A stretch of 63,991 nt of DNA, counting the filler, from Streblomastix strix (lineage: Eukaryota), in the NCBI GenBank assembly GCA_008636045.1. It is 3 parts of 3 records of this genome, joined end to end, with 100 filler letters (N's around TTAATTAATTAA, not from the genome) between each part and the next. Parts side by side here need not be neighbours in the genome. Positions count along the whole stretch, not along the records: positions 44,355 to 63,991 come from SNRW01000499.1; 2 more parts are not named here. One strand, written 5' to 3'. Positions 63,700 to 63,991 of the stretch are shown here, piece after piece. A model generated the notes under the pieces. It ran no database searches, had not been told where the DNA came from, and saw only the letters and a program-made list of their open reading frames with translations. Every line of letters starts with the position of its first letter. The stretch's first letter is position 1. The position numbers and the translations under genes are program-made.

Positions 63700-63991
63700 G
63701 TAAATAATAAACAATGAAATTGTACCAACTCTCAAAGCTTTCATTCGATGCAATAACAAAGTAGCTTAAAGACGGGCTTCATTAGTTGCTTACAATATAG
63801 CTATAGGTCCACCAGATCATATTGAGCATCTATTCTCTCATGGTATTGTGAAGTCAATTATTAAGCAATTGAGTGATGATCAATTCCTTATAAGATATTC
63901 TGATAGTGCTTCAAGATATCTCGATGTGATATTAGCGATATCACACAGAAGTATGGCATTTGCTAAGAGGTTGATGTTAGAAGAAGATTAA
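63700..63991 (+). CDS. Partial ARM-repeat-like frame running off the window end
   Basis: NEIVPTLKAFIRCNNKVAQRRASLVAYNIAIGPPDHIEHLFSHGIVKSIIKQL resembles an armadillo repeat. Confidence 0.4.

Noticed and set aside
1..63991. CRISPR arrays, tRNA/rRNA genes, prokaryotic operons
   Set aside because: No regularly spaced repeat-spacer array or recognisable structural RNA gene seen; the sequence is intron-containing eukaryotic DNA

Overview
Very AT-rich eukaryotic genomic DNA with short GT-AG introns. It uses a non-standard code in which TAA/TAG encode Gln and TGA is the only stop, so the supplied standard-code ORF track is mostly misleading. The code, base composition and gene families best fit an oxymonad such as Streblomastix strix (inference). 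The window is three separate contigs (1-22097, 22198-44254, 44355-63991) joined by artificial N-TTAATTAATTAA-N linkers. Genes read manually in the TAR=Gln code: casein kinase 1, an FHA protein, RAB3GAP2, MED18, NAXD, a Rab7-like GTPase, THG1, RPS26, CK2-beta, RRP15, bacterial-type RpiB and oligoendopeptidase F (both with introns), kinase/ARM-like family members and a small tail-anchored ORF. Mobile DNA: a decayed viral/Polinton-like primase-helicase, three pogo-type DDE elements (one intact, DD35D) and a nested DD41D Tc1/mariner. Two dispersed ~400-630 bp repeat families occupy upstream/divergent intergenic regions. The most unusual signal is isolated in-frame TGA codons inside long, otherwise unbroken frames. 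CK1 and CK2-beta each end at a normal size with TGA, then continue in frame for ~1,150 and ~3,450 codons. This suggests UGA readthrough or position-dependent termination, although mutation or assembly artefact cannot be excluded from sequence alone. All translations and stop scans were done by eye; no database searches were run.
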